Below, in pieces: positions 17,047 through 26,232 of a stretch of 34,207 nt of DNA. How positions within the stretch are numbered: the stretch's first letter is position 1; the number at the start of each line of letters is the position of its first letter. The stretch spans positions 1 through 34,207 of IMG/VR virus record IMGVR_UViG_3300031965_000103, one strand, 5' to 3'. The notes under the pieces were generated by a model, which worked only from the letters and a program-made list of their open reading frames with translations, was not told the DNA's origin and did no database searches. This stretch comes from a virus. Lineage: Duplodnaviria > Caudoviricetes. Both the position numbers and the translations under genes were made by a program.

Positions 17047-18921
17047 ATGGCGAATGACAAGAAAATAAAGGTTGACCTGACCGCCGATATTACCAGCTTT
17101 AGAAAGGCGATAAACAGTGCAACCAAACAAGTTGCGGGTTTTGGCAAGGATCTTAATCGATCTCTTACAACCTTCGGCGGCAGGAACTTCACTCTTTTAA
17201 CAACAGGGTTTGCTGCCACCGGTGCCGCTGCCACGGCGGCGGCTGTTGGTGGTCTTTATCTGTTTACCCGGTCTATCAGCTTAGCCATTGACAAAGCCAG
17301 TGAGTTTTCTACTGCTAATTTTGGGATGAGGTCCAGCCTTGAGGCGGCAAACCGGCAGTTTGATGTCGGCAGTATAGCGGGATGGGAAGCAACTATTAAG
17401 GATCTGCAACAAACTTTACGTATTTTTTCGGAAACCGATCTACGCAATGCCAGTGCCAGGACAATCGACATGACTAAGCGCCTTGGTTTGTCCGCAGAAC
17501 AAATGAAAAAAGTTATCCAGGTAAGTGCCGATCTATCCTCCGGTAAAACCAATTTAGTTGACGGTGTCGAGAGGGTGACTGCAGCTTTGAGGGGTGAAGC
17601 TGAAGCATCGGAATATCTCGGCCTTACTTTAAATGAAGATTATGTCAAAGGCTGGCATGCTGCAAACAATGCAACAGGTAAAGCCTGGAAAGATTTAACC
17701 GATATTGAGAAAGCACAAATCCGCTACAATATCCTTTTGGAGCAATCTACACCATCTTTTGGCCGTGCTGCTGCATCTGCCGATATTTATTCCGGTGCAC
17801 TGCAGGAAATGGGTACCAATTACGGCGATCTTCAAAAAGAAATCGGCGGGCTTTTTACTCAAAATACATTTGTGATCGAGTCATTCAAGGTTCTTTCCGG
17901 AATTTTTAAAGGATTAAAAGAACAAATTGTCGGAAACCGTGGGGCGATGGTCAACCTGGTGAAAGATGGTTTTGTTGCTTTGGTTTCTGCAATCGGCACA
18001 TCAATTGAAGTTTTAAGATTTTTTTACAATGGTTGGCAGGGGCTTGGTTTGGTGGCGCACGGTGTTGTTACGCTCATGATTAAAGGTTTTGAGCTAACAG
18101 CTAAGTCATTGAGAATGACACTGCTCACACCTCTTGATCTACTCCTTACCGGCATGGAAAAGATAGGGGCTATCGATTCCAATCCGCTTAAAGATTTTGA
18201 AAAAACACTGAGTGGTTTTGGTGAGTTTTCCGCTGGTGAGTTTAATAGCCTGTTGGCTGGAATTAGTGATACTAACAGACGATTTGATGAAGCAAAATCA
18301 GTTGTTGACGAGTTCAAGAAAAAGATCTTGGAGATCCCCGCCGAATACAAAGACACCACAGAGCAGATGACCGGAGAGACCAAAAAGGTCAGCCAGGAAA
18401 TCGAACAGGTGGACGGTGTCTGGAGCAATGTCTTCAAGACGGCTAAACAGGAATCGAAAAAAGCGGCTGACTCCATAGTTTCGGACATCAATCGCATAAA
18501 GAGCGCGGCAAAAAGTGTTCAGCCGATCTCGTATACCAGCAGTCACACCCAAGGATTCGCTACCGGCGGCGATCCGTTTTATGGCGGTCTTTCCGGTTAT
18601 GGCGGCGGTGACCGGCGGATTATCGCTGTTGAGGATGGCGAGCACGTTATCCGTAAGGAGGCGACAGCCAAACTCAGCCATAATTATTTCCAACGGTTCA
18701 ATAATCTTAATTTTCTTCGATCGTTGCCTGGCTTTAATACCGGCGGGCAGATCGGTGCCTCCAGAGCTTCCGGCCTGGTTAAAGGTGGATCAACCGGCGA
18801 TACCTACAAACTCAACCTGTCGTTTTCCGGTCAGGTCAGCCATCCATCCCGGCAAAACGCCCGCGACATGGCAACCATGGTCTTGGCCGAGTTGCAGAAA
18901 TTGCATAAGGGGCGGTCATGA
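17047..18921 (+). CDS. Tape measure protein
   Basis: Ala/Gly-rich helical sequence; EKAQIRY; C-terminal FATGG...GGGDR...GEHVIRKEA. Confidence 0.9.
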   Translation: MANDKKIKVDLTADITSFRKAINSATKQVAGFGKDLNRSLTTFGGRNFTLLTTGFAATGAAATAAAVGGLYLFTRSISLAIDKASEFSTANFGMRSSLEAANRQFDVGSIAGWEATIKDLQQTLRIFSETDLRNASARTIDMTKRLGLSAEQMKKVIQVSADLSSGKTNLVDGVERVTAALRGEAEASEYLGLTLNEDYVKGWHAANNATGKAWKDLTDIEKAQIRYNILLEQSTPSFGRAAASADIYSGALQEMGTNYGDLQKEIGGLFTQNTFVIESFKVLSGIFKGLKEQIVGNRGAMVNLVKDGFVALVSAIGTSIEVLRFFYNGWQGLGLVAHGVVTLMIKGFELTAKSLRMTLLTPLDLLLTGMEKIGAIDSNPLKDFEKTLSGFGEFSAGEFNSLLAGISDTNRRFDEAKSVVDEFKKKILEIPAEYKDTTEQMTGETKKVSQEIEQVDGVWSNVFKTAKQESKKAADSIVSDINRIKSAAKSVQPISYTSSHTQGFATGGDPFYGGLSGYGGGDRRIIAVEDGEHVIRKEATAKLSHNYFQRFNNLNFLRSLPGFNTGGQIGASRASGLVKGGSTGDTYKLNLSFSGQVSHPSRQNARDMATMVLAELQKLHKGRS

Positions 18922-19274
18922 TCAGTCTCGGGGCAGTTGTTCTTTCCGACCAGCTGGTGCTGGAGGGTATCGAGACGGCGCAACAGATCGCCATGTCGGC
19001 CCGCCGGACTATCGGCGGTAAAATGATCATTCAGGTTGGTGCTTTTCTCGCCGGCGGTCGGCAGTTGACCCTGGTCGGTGATAACCATTTTACACTGAAC
19101 CAGATCCAAGCCGTCAAAGAATTGGAGCAACAGGGGCAGAGTGTTCAGTTGGTCCATCCGCGCGGTACGTTTGAGGTTTTTATCATCGAAACTCCCGTTG
19201 CTCCGGCTGTTGATTTTGTTGACCCGGCTGCGGACGACTGGTTTTCCGGGTCAATCATCCTGCAAGAGGTATAA
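18918..19274 (+). CDS. Putative distal tail protein
   Basis: Follows the tape measure gene; RTIGG...GGRQLTL motif. Confidence 0.6.
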   Translation: MISLGAVVLSDQLVLEGIETAQQIAMSARRTIGGKMIIQVGAFLAGGRQLTLVGDNHFTLNQIQAVKELEQQGQSVQLVHPRGTFEVFIIETPVAPAVDFVDPAADDWFSGSIILQEV

Positions 19275-19279
19275 GAAAT

Positions 19280-20287
19280 ATGCAATCAACCGATCTCAAA
19301 GTTTTTCGCCCCCTCACCAACGGCCGATGCTCTGCCACCGTCATCAACTCCGGTGTGGTGCAGAACGTTTTCGCCCACGTCACCTCCGCCCAGCGGGCGG
19401 CCGGGCTGTCCACCTATGCCAAGACCTTCTGGGGACTGACCAATACCGACAACCTGCCGCTGCTGGATCCGGAGCTGTACCACGACAAACCAACATTATC
19501 GCCTGACGATTTTGTGGTCAAATGGCTGTCCACCCAGCGCACCACCCAGGCCGGGCTTGAGGCTGAGGCGGCTGCCGCCGACCTGGTCGGTACCGCCGTC
19601 CTGGATGCCGATATTGCCATTACCGATCTGACCCTGGATGTGGAGGTCAAGCACGCCGATCTCTTACCGGGCGGGACCTACGATATTTTTAAGGACGGCT
19701 ACCCGATCAAGGTTTGCAGCCACACCGACGCCCTGGCTACCGACGGCGAGGAGGAGATCCGTATCATCTCCGGGACACCGACCGCGGTCGGCCTGATAGT
19801 CACCATCACCGTGACCGAGGCATTTACCGCGGCATTTACCGCCGATGGCGTGTCCAGGGTCTCCAGCTTGATCAATCCGGTGGACGTGCAGCCGTCCGCC
19901 ACCGCCATGGTAGTAACCAGCGCGGCCGGGACGGTGGACGAGGGCTCGTATCCCGTCATCCTGGACAATACCGGGACGGTTGAAGAGGACTGGACCTGCA
20001 CATTCACCGACGCGACGCACTTTACCTTGTCCGGCGACACCCTGGGCGCGGTAGGTTCAGGTGTTATCGGCAGCGATTTTTCGCCGGTCAACGGCGATTT
20101 TTCCCGGATCTATCTGACCATAGAGGCCGGGATCTGGGGCGGGACCTGGCAGGCAGGCGACACCGTGACCTTTACCACCCATCCTGCCCGCGTCCCGGTC
20201 GGCCAGCTGCGGATAGTCCCGGCGGGCTCGGCATCGCTGGCCAACAACAAATGCACCCAGGTTTTCGGCGGTGAGGCCGCAGCTTAA
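19280..20287 (+). CDS. Tail tip/baseplate structural protein
   Basis: Thr/Gly/Val-rich; NVF..V...QR.AG and WGGTWQAGD motifs; gene order. Confidence 0.6.
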   Translation: MQSTDLKVFRPLTNGRCSATVINSGVVQNVFAHVTSAQRAAGLSTYAKTFWGLTNTDNLPLLDPELYHDKPTLSPDDFVVKWLSTQRTTQAGLEAEAAAADLVGTAVLDADIAITDLTLDVEVKHADLLPGGTYDIFKDGYPIKVCSHTDALATDGEEEIRIISGTPTAVGLIVTITVTEAFTAAFTADGVSRVSSLINPVDVQPSATAMVVTSAAGTVDEGSYPVILDNTGTVEEDWTCTFTDATHFTLSGDTLGAVGSGVIGSDFSPVNGDFSRIYLTIEAGIWGGTWQAGDTVTFTTHPARVPVGQLRIVPAGSASLANNKCTQVFGGEAAA

Positions 20288-20289
20288 AA

Positions 20290-21123
20290 ATGAGCGAGAG
20301 CCAATACCTTACCCTGCGCATCAACCGGGCAGAGCCCGAGCTTGCCGACCAGTTTTCCGGCGACTGGCTGCGCATCGAACAGCCGGAGTGGCGCGAGCCC
20401 TCCGACGCCGATTTTGCCGCCTGGCTGAAGACCGAGGGCAAGGGTAACTCCATTGAGACCCTGCTGCTCTACTGGGCGCAGTTCAAGTCATTTTGTGTGG
20501 CCGACGGGGTGCTGGAAGTCGAGCTGCAGATCCACCGCTCACGCGCTGACCTGCCCTATACACTGACGGCCAGTTACGGCGTGCTGTCCGGCAGATTTAT
20601 CCATCAGACCGAGCATACCCTGTCCAGGGGCGTATCCATGGCGGAGTATCTGGACCTGGAAGTCCAGGTGGTCGGTCTGGCCTCCGTCGCCTGGGAGGGG
20701 CAGGTGGTGGCCGAGGATGGCTCGATCATCCCGCCGCCGCCTATCCTGCAGCAGGGCTCGCTGCTCACCTGGGGCGGCATCAAGGTGGCCGGGGTGCTGC
20801 GCCTGCGCTACACCGAGCAGCACGACGCCTATATCCTGGAGATCACCCCCCGGGCTGCGGCGGACAGCGATCCGAACGACGACAAATCCGCCTACCAGTC
20901 AACCGTCATGGCTATCTGGGGGGCTGGCGAGGTGGAGACACACGATGTGGAGCTGCCGGATATGTCCGGCTATTGCGGTGGGGCCAATGTCTCGGTGATT
21001 ATCAATCCTGACGATCCGGATGACGGACAGTGTGTCCGGCATAATATCCTGGTGGATCCCTGTACACAGGAAGTTATCCGAGAGTGGGACGAAGCCATCC
21101 CCTGCCCGGAAGAAGAGGATTAG
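20290..21123 (+). CDS. Tail-region protein with acidic, Cys-containing C-terminus
   Basis: Long ORF in the tail operon with tight gene spacing. Confidence 0.6.
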   Translation: MSESQYLTLRINRAEPELADQFSGDWLRIEQPEWREPSDADFAAWLKTEGKGNSIETLLLYWAQFKSFCVADGVLEVELQIHRSRADLPYTLTASYGVLSGRFIHQTEHTLSRGVSMAEYLDLEVQVVGLASVAWEGQVVAEDGSIIPPPPILQQGSLLTWGGIKVAGVLRLRYTEQHDAYILEITPRAAADSDPNDDKSAYQSTVMAIWGAGEVETHDVELPDMSGYCGGANVSVIINPDDPDDGQCVRHNILVDPCTQEVIREWDEAIPCPEEED

Positions 21124-21130
21124 GAATCGT

Positions 21131-22075
21131 ATGCCCAGGATCCTAGAAACTGTCACCCATTACCAGACCAAGCTGCCCTGCAAAACCGCAGGGCAGATGG
21201 AAGGGTTATGCTGTGAGCCCACCGCCGCCCTGCTCTGCTGTGAAGAGACGGAAAAACAGTGGGCCGGCTACACTGAGGCGGAGATCCTGGAGCACCTGGG
21301 CATCAGCCTGGACGAGCAGGGCCGCGACGGGCAGGGCCGCTATGTGAATATTGAGCTGGAGCCCAGGACCAAACCCTGCGGCGAGAGGGTTACCAGCTAT
21401 GACCTGAGCGGCTATGCCTGCTGCGACGGGGTGGAACCGATTGTCTGGGACGAGGATAATTCCGTCCGGGTTATACCGGATATGTCCCATGGCGTCGTGG
21501 TCTTTACCGGAGGCAGACTCCCCTTCAACGTGTCTGTCCGGGGCAGCGGATTTTACCTGGATACCAACAACACCAGGGACGCCGTGATAAATGGCAGAAA
21601 TATTGCCATCTATACCTCTACGGCCTGTGGGACAGCCAGAATAACCATCAGTGACGGCTGTAGCACGGCGGTGGCGTTTGTCCGTTCTACCAACGGCCAT
21701 TGGACGGAGGGCTGTCTGTTCTTTTTTTATGAGGTGTCCGGGTCGGGTATACAGTCAAAATATCGACTGGCCGAGTTTTGCCCTCAGTCGTGCTCGATTA
21801 CCATAGGCGGGACAATTTACCAGACTCCGCCTCCGTCTACAAATATTACGGTCAACTGCAATTTACGCCGGTGGTCTGAGGATGCTGGTGGCGGTTGGCT
21901 GCCCCTGGGGGACTCCGACTGTGCCATATCGGACCTGAACATAATGGACAGTAAATCGTTTTATGATGCCCTTGCTCTGGTCACCATTGCCAAAGGTGGG
22001 GTGCTGCCCACCGAACCACCGGACGAGACGAACGAGTGTCTGCAATATTCCCTGCCGTGTAAATTTGAATGCTGA
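21131..22075 (+). CDS. Cysteine-rich tail-region protein
   Basis: AGGA RBS before ATG 21131; 18 Cys in 314 aa. Confidence 0.6.
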   Translation: MPRILETVTHYQTKLPCKTAGQMEGLCCEPTAALLCCEETEKQWAGYTEAEILEHLGISLDEQGRDGQGRYVNIELEPRTKPCGERVTSYDLSGYACCDGVEPIVWDEDNSVRVIPDMSHGVVVFTGGRLPFNVSVRGSGFYLDTNNTRDAVINGRNIAIYTSTACGTARITISDGCSTAVAFVRSTNGHWTEGCLFFFYEVSGSGIQSKYRLAEFCPQSCSITIGGTIYQTPPPSTNITVNCNLRRWSEDAGGGWLPLGDSDCAISDLNIMDSKSFYDALALVTIAKGGVLPTEPPDETNECLQYSLPCKFEC

Positions 22076-22353
22076 CACTAAAATCCTATAGCGGCAGAGA
22101 CATACAGGCCGCGCTGTCAATTTTGCAACAGTACGCCAAAAATAGTAATGGCAGTATCGATGAGTTGACGGCCCTGCTGCAACAACATATCGCAGCGGGG
22201 TATCCAATTGGTGCGGTGGTAAAATCCCAACCGGCCGGTAAACGGCAGCGTTGTCCGCAGTGTGGGTCCAGTGATTGGCATGAGGGGATCAGGCGGGACG
22301 GTCTGACATATAATGGCTGCGGCAGGTGCCGGTACTCTATGGTGGTTAAATAA
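22069..22353 (+). CDS. Small zinc-ribbon protein
   Basis: CPQC...CGRC; overlaps both neighbours. Confidence 0.65.
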   Translation: MLTLKSYSGRDIQAALSILQQYAKNSNGSIDELTALLQQHIAAGYPIGAVVKSQPAGKRQRCPQCGSSDWHEGIRRDGLTYNGCGRCRYSMVVK

Positions 22354-24629
22354 TGGCTCTCTGGACCCCTGCTGAAATAACTACTGCTCTATGGCTGGAT
22401 GCTTCTGATGCCGACACCATTACGGAAGATAACGGGGTCATCGAGTGGCGGGATAAATCGGGTAATGATCATCATTTCAGCCAATTGTCGGCAGGAAACC
22501 GGCCGACAATTGGATCTGAAAACGGTCGTGACACTGTGTCTTTTAGTGGTTCTGCGCAATGGATGAGCCACGCGACGTTATCATTACCGTTGGCGGAACG
22601 GTCGATTTTTGTGGTTGTTAAGGAAAACGTATCTGTAGTAAATGCTGGATTTTTTACCGTAACTGGGACGTATTATGACTGGGCGAGCAATGATGGGTTG
22701 TGTTTAGGTTCGTCAAACAAAACCACATATGATTTTAACGTACTGTCGGCCCGCTATAACAACCGAGGGTGCGCGTACGAGGTGCTCAGGACAGGTTCTA
22801 GTGCGTGTCCGCTCGGAGTATATACCGAGATATTTGGATCCATGACAGGAGCGTTATATGTTGATGGGTCGCTGATAGCGAGCGACGCTGCATCGTATGC
22901 CTTTACCGCCAATAGCAAGGGCGGAGTGGTTTTGGGTGCCAGGTCAAGCCCGGCAATAGGCTCGCCATACCTCAACGGTGAAATTGCGGGAATAGTTTAT
23001 TGCAGTACCAAACTAATTGACAGTGACCGTCAAAAAATAGAAGGCTATCTCGCCTGGCATTGGGGGTTGCAAGCCAACCTGCCGGCCGAGCATCCATATA
23101 AAGACTCCGCCCCGACAATACCGGATGGAGTAGCAATCCGCTCCATCCTCGACCAACCCTACGACCTCCTCTCCGCCTCGCTCCGCGCCATCCTCGAACA
23201 ACCCTACCAGATGACCTTCCGTCTGGCCGCCCTGCTCGATCAGATCTACGGCCTGCGCCTGCTGGCCACCCTGGTGCAGCTATATGGCAATGCCCCCAAT
23301 ATCCGCAGATCGCTTGACCAGTACTACGGCGACGCAACCAGACTGCGCCGCAGGCTCGACCAACTCTACGGCGACAGCCCGCGCTACCGGGCAGCCCTGG
23401 ATCAGCTCTACAACCTGCATGCCGGTATGCGTGCCGGGCTTGAACAAAAATATTCCATAGCCGAGGGACCGGTCCGCTCCGCCCTGGAGCAGCTCTACAA
23501 CCTGCAGGACAAAGATCTGCTGCGCATGACTCTGGATATGCTCTATGTGCTGGCGGCCGGTGAAGCGCTGGTGCAACGGATCGATCAGGCCGTCACCTGT
23601 GCCGGGGTAGCTCACACCTCGGCCTATAATATTTTCCTGGAGCAGGACGAATCTCTCTACCATATGGTCGGCGAACTGCAGCTGGCCGACGAGGGCGAGT
23701 ATCTGCAATACCGGGCCTACCAGACCGAGGTTACCATCACGGTGGACGGTACCGATTATCTGTTCATCACCGACGGCCATCCACGCCGGAGCCGCAGGCC
23801 GGGAGCAAATATCTATATCGTGCCGCTGGCCTCACCGTCCATCCTGCTGGACATACCGCACAGTACGCCGGTGACGGCCGATCTGTCCGGCATGGCCTCA
23901 ACGCTTGCGGCCACCCTGGCCGCACCCCTGACCGTGGACTGGCGGCTGGTCGACTGGTTCATCTTTCCCGGGGTGCTGGCCGGTGGGGGCGAGTCGCCGA
24001 TTGCCATCATCAAACGCATCGCGGCAGCCGTCGGCGGCCTGGTGCAGACCTCGCCTTCAGGGGTGCTGATCTGCCGGCCGGAATATCCGGTCAGTGTCAA
24101 TTCCTGGCAGACGGCAACGCCTGATCTCGAATTGACCGACCAGGACGACTTTTTCGAGATCGATCCTTCGCCAGATCCGCGCCCGGGCTATGATACGTTT
24201 TTTATCAGCAACCAGGCTTTGGCCGGAGGCGGTACAGGGCTGTCGGTAGTCAAGATCTCCTCCACTAAAAACGAGCTTCGTGTCACCCTGCTGCCCTGGA
24301 GCGATACCGCCCAGGTTATCATGCACCACAGCGGCGGATCGTGGGTCCAGCTGATCGACCAGGGTACTGTCATGGAGGATCTGGACGAGCAGGTGGAGAT
24401 CGTCGGAGGATCGGGCCGGACCAGCCGGCCTATCGCCGGTTACCTGGGCCACGACTACAACCAGGTTGACCTGGGCGAGGTGACGGTAACCGAAGCGGGC
24501 GAAGTCTCGACGGCGGTAACGGACAACTCGCTGCTGCAGCTCCAGTACCGGACCAGGTACCGGTCGTTTCTGGCCATCGACAACAATATTGAGGATGTGC
24601 AATTTTACCCCGAGGTGATCTATGGCTGA
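22353..24629 (+). CDS. Tail protein: N-terminal LamG/lectin-like domain, LDQxY repeats, C-terminal tail domain
   Basis: WTP...LWLDASD...W.DKSGN...IEGYLAWHWG; ten ~14-aa repeats. Confidence 0.7.
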   Translation: MALWTPAEITTALWLDASDADTITEDNGVIEWRDKSGNDHHFSQLSAGNRPTIGSENGRDTVSFSGSAQWMSHATLSLPLAERSIFVVVKENVSVVNAGFFTVTGTYYDWASNDGLCLGSSNKTTYDFNVLSARYNNRGCAYEVLRTGSSACPLGVYTEIFGSMTGALYVDGSLIASDAASYAFTANSKGGVVLGARSSPAIGSPYLNGEIAGIVYCSTKLIDSDRQKIEGYLAWHWGLQANLPAEHPYKDSAPTIPDGVAIRSILDQPYDLLSASLRAILEQPYQMTFRLAALLDQIYGLRLLATLVQLYGNAPNIRRSLDQYYGDATRLRRRLDQLYGDSPRYRAALDQLYNLHAGMRAGLEQKYSIAEGPVRSALEQLYNLQDKDLLRMTLDMLYVLAAGEALVQRIDQAVTCAGVAHTSAYNIFLEQDESLYHMVGELQLADEGEYLQYRAYQTEVTITVDGTDYLFITDGHPRRSRRPGANIYIVPLASPSILLDIPHSTPVTADLSGMASTLAATLAAPLTVDWRLVDWFIFPGVLAGGGESPIAIIKRIAAAVGGLVQTSPSGVLICRPEYPVSVNSWQTATPDLELTDQDDFFEIDPSPDPRPGYDTFFISNQALAGGGTGLSVVKISSTKNELRVTLLPWSDTAQVIMHHSGGSWVQLIDQGTVMEDLDEQVEIVGGSGRTSRPIAGYLGHDYNQVDLGEVTVTEAGEVSTAVTDNSLLQLQYRTRYRSFLAIDNNIEDVQFYPEVIYG

Positions 24630-25131
24630 TAAAACCCTGACCGCCATTGCCAGCTTTGGCGACCAGGCCTCCGGATCCGCGCTGATTGTGGCGGAGATCG
24701 ACAGCCAGGTGCACCAGGACGCCGACGGCAACGTTAAATCGGTGTTCCTGCCCGGCGATGAGGTTTTTTTTCTGCTGCATTATGACGCTTCGGTAGCCAT
24801 CGTCCGCGTGCTGGCTACCGATGGCGGCGACGTGCAGAGGATAGGCCAGGTGACGCGCAGCAACACCCTGGAGTCGACATTCCAGCATCCGGCCGACCTG
24901 GTCGATCTGCCCCACCGTCCAAACGGCCAGCCTGACGTCAAATGGTTCGGCAGGTCCGGCAGCCTGCTGTTGTCCGGACGGAGCCTGCGGACAGATGCCG
25001 CGCCCTGCCTGGGTGAGATCAGCTATAATTTTACGGCAATGCAGTACCGGCATAGACTGGTGAACGGTATTGTACTTCAGCCGGGTGAGGCCTTCCCGGT
25101 GGACGTCGTGGTCGAGTACCGGGTTGATTAG
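24622..25131 (+). CDS. Tail-region hypothetical protein
   Basis: Overlapping start; GAGG RBS. Confidence 0.6.
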   Translation: MADKTLTAIASFGDQASGSALIVAEIDSQVHQDADGNVKSVFLPGDEVFFLLHYDASVAIVRVLATDGGDVQRIGQVTRSNTLESTFQHPADLVDLPHRPNGQPDVKWFGRSGSLLLSGRSLRTDAAPCLGEISYNFTAMQYRHRLVNGIVLQPGEAFPVDVVVEYRVD

Positions 25132-25145
25132 GGGATGGAGAGCCA

Positions 25146-25463
25146 ATGCAGATAACCGTTACCAGGCCTCCAGGCAACCGGCAGGGGCCGGACATAGTTG
25201 ATGAGCTGCTCACCTCGGACCCGGCCGGGCTTGCCCGCGGTCGCCGGGAGATCGATCACAGCGTGACCTCCCGGACCATGGAGGCCTGCCAGTGCCCGAA
25301 ACACGATCATATCGAGACCGGATCCCTGGTGCGCATTACCGAGGCGGCCGAGCGCTGGTCGGGCCTGGTCCGCTACTGGTCACTCACCCTGACCGTTGAC
25401 GACACCGGCGACAGGTTTACCGCCGATACCCGCTTGACGGTGGAGAGGGAGGCCAGACGATAA
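25146..25463 (+). CDS. Tail-region hypothetical protein
   Basis: GGAG RBS; G.RQGPDIVDELL motif. Confidence 0.6.
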   Translation: MQITVTRPPGNRQGPDIVDELLTSDPAGLARGRREIDHSVTSRTMEACQCPKHDHIETGSLVRITEAAERWSGLVRYWSLTLTVDDTGDRFTADTRLTVEREARR

Positions 25464-25696
25464 TGGACAGACAAGCCCTGAAAAATATCTTCCGGCCGGA
25501 GGCTACCCGCACCGGCTATGCAAGAATTGTCCGCCGCCTGTCCTCTACCCGCTATGAGGTCGAGGACGGAGCCGGGCGGAAAAGGTTTGTCGAAGCAACC
25601 GATTTTTACCCTGCCGGGGTCTCGGTGATTGTCCAGGATGGCCGGATAATCGGCAGCGGTACCGCCGCCGGGAAACACAGGACGTATGAGGTCTGA
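25463..25696 (+). CDS. Small tail-tip protein
   Basis: TAATG coupling; G..V.VQDG.IIG motif. Confidence 0.55.
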   Translation: MDRQALKNIFRPEATRTGYARIVRRLSSTRYEVEDGAGRKRFVEATDFYPAGVSVIVQDGRIIGSGTAAGKHRTYEV

Positions 25697-25697
25697 A

Positions 25698-25868
25698 ATG
25701 GCAATAGGAATTGAAGTGTGGGGACCCCCGCCCCATTGTTCCCACGCTCCAGCGTGGGAACCAGGAATCAAAGCACCAACCGGAGTCGGCGCAACCTGCC
25801 CGCACTGCGGCCAGGAAATACGAGACGGCGATGCCTGCTATTGCCCGCACTGCGGCCGGTCGATGTGA
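25698..25868 (+). CDS. Small double-CPHC zinc-ribbon protein containing a palindromic repeat
   Basis: GAGG RBS; CPHCG twice. Confidence 0.6.
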   Translation: MAIGIEVWGPPPHCSHAPAWEPGIKAPTGVGATCPHCGQEIRDGDACYCPHCGRSM

Positions 25869-25894
25869 GACTGATAAACCCACGCTGTAGCGTG
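25738..25894. repeat. Palindromic repeat locus 5 (25738-25761 plus degenerate copy 25879-25894)
   Basis: GTTCCCACGCT-CC-AGCGTGGGAAC; CCCACGCT-GT-AGCGTG. Confidence 0.85.
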
Positions 25895-25917
25895 TAAAAA
25901 TCTAAAACGGTGGAAAA

Positions 25918-26085
25918 ATGGTCAAAGAAGCCCTGATACTGTTTCTGAAAAAAAACCTGAAAATAAAAATTGAGAGCTCAACTCCGCTCCCGGACACGCC
26001 AAACTCAAGGTGCCGGGAAATAGCCGTAACCCTGGAAGTCTGCGGGGAAAAGGTATCGGAGTCGGCAACGTTTTTTAAAATATAA
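25918..26085 (+). CDS. 55-aa hypothetical protein (not in the ORF track)
   Basis: GGTGG RBS; MVKEALILFLKKNLKIKIE...SATFFKI. Confidence 0.55.
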   Translation: MVKEALILFLKKNLKIKIESSTPLPDTPNSRCREIAVTLEVCGEKVSESATFFKI

Positions 26086-26172
26086 TCGCCTGGCGAGCTA
26101 AGCGGCAAACGCTCCAACGCTCCTAATGGTAAACGTAAAAGCGCTACCGCACACGGTACATGCACATCGCCC

Positions 26173-26214
26173 CACGCTATCGCTCCCACGCTCCAGCGTG
26201 GGAGCGATAGCGTG
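26173..26214. repeat. Palindromic repeat locus 6 (perfect 20-bp stem)
   Basis: CACGCTATCGCTCCCACGCT-CC-AGCGTGGGAGCGATAGCGTG. Confidence 0.95.
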
Positions 26215-26232
26215 AAACTAAGGATATAAACA

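Noticed and set aside
21020-21130. Upstream extension or frameshift fusion of the Cys-rich gene
   Set aside because: It overlaps the previous gene, no slippery site was seen, and ATG 21131 has its own RBS
21131-24629. Diversity-generating retroelement or invertible tail-fibre system
   Set aside because: No reverse transcriptase, template/variable repeat pair, invertase or flanking inverted sites were seen
3743-26214. Palindromes as a CRISPR array or type I-C repeat mimics (TCGCTCC...GGAGCGTGG resembles I-C repeats)
   Set aside because: The copies are dispersed with no regular spacers, lack the ATTGAAAC 3' handle and form a longer self-palindrome; no cas genes are present. An anti-CRISPR RNA role is not excluded but is unsupported.
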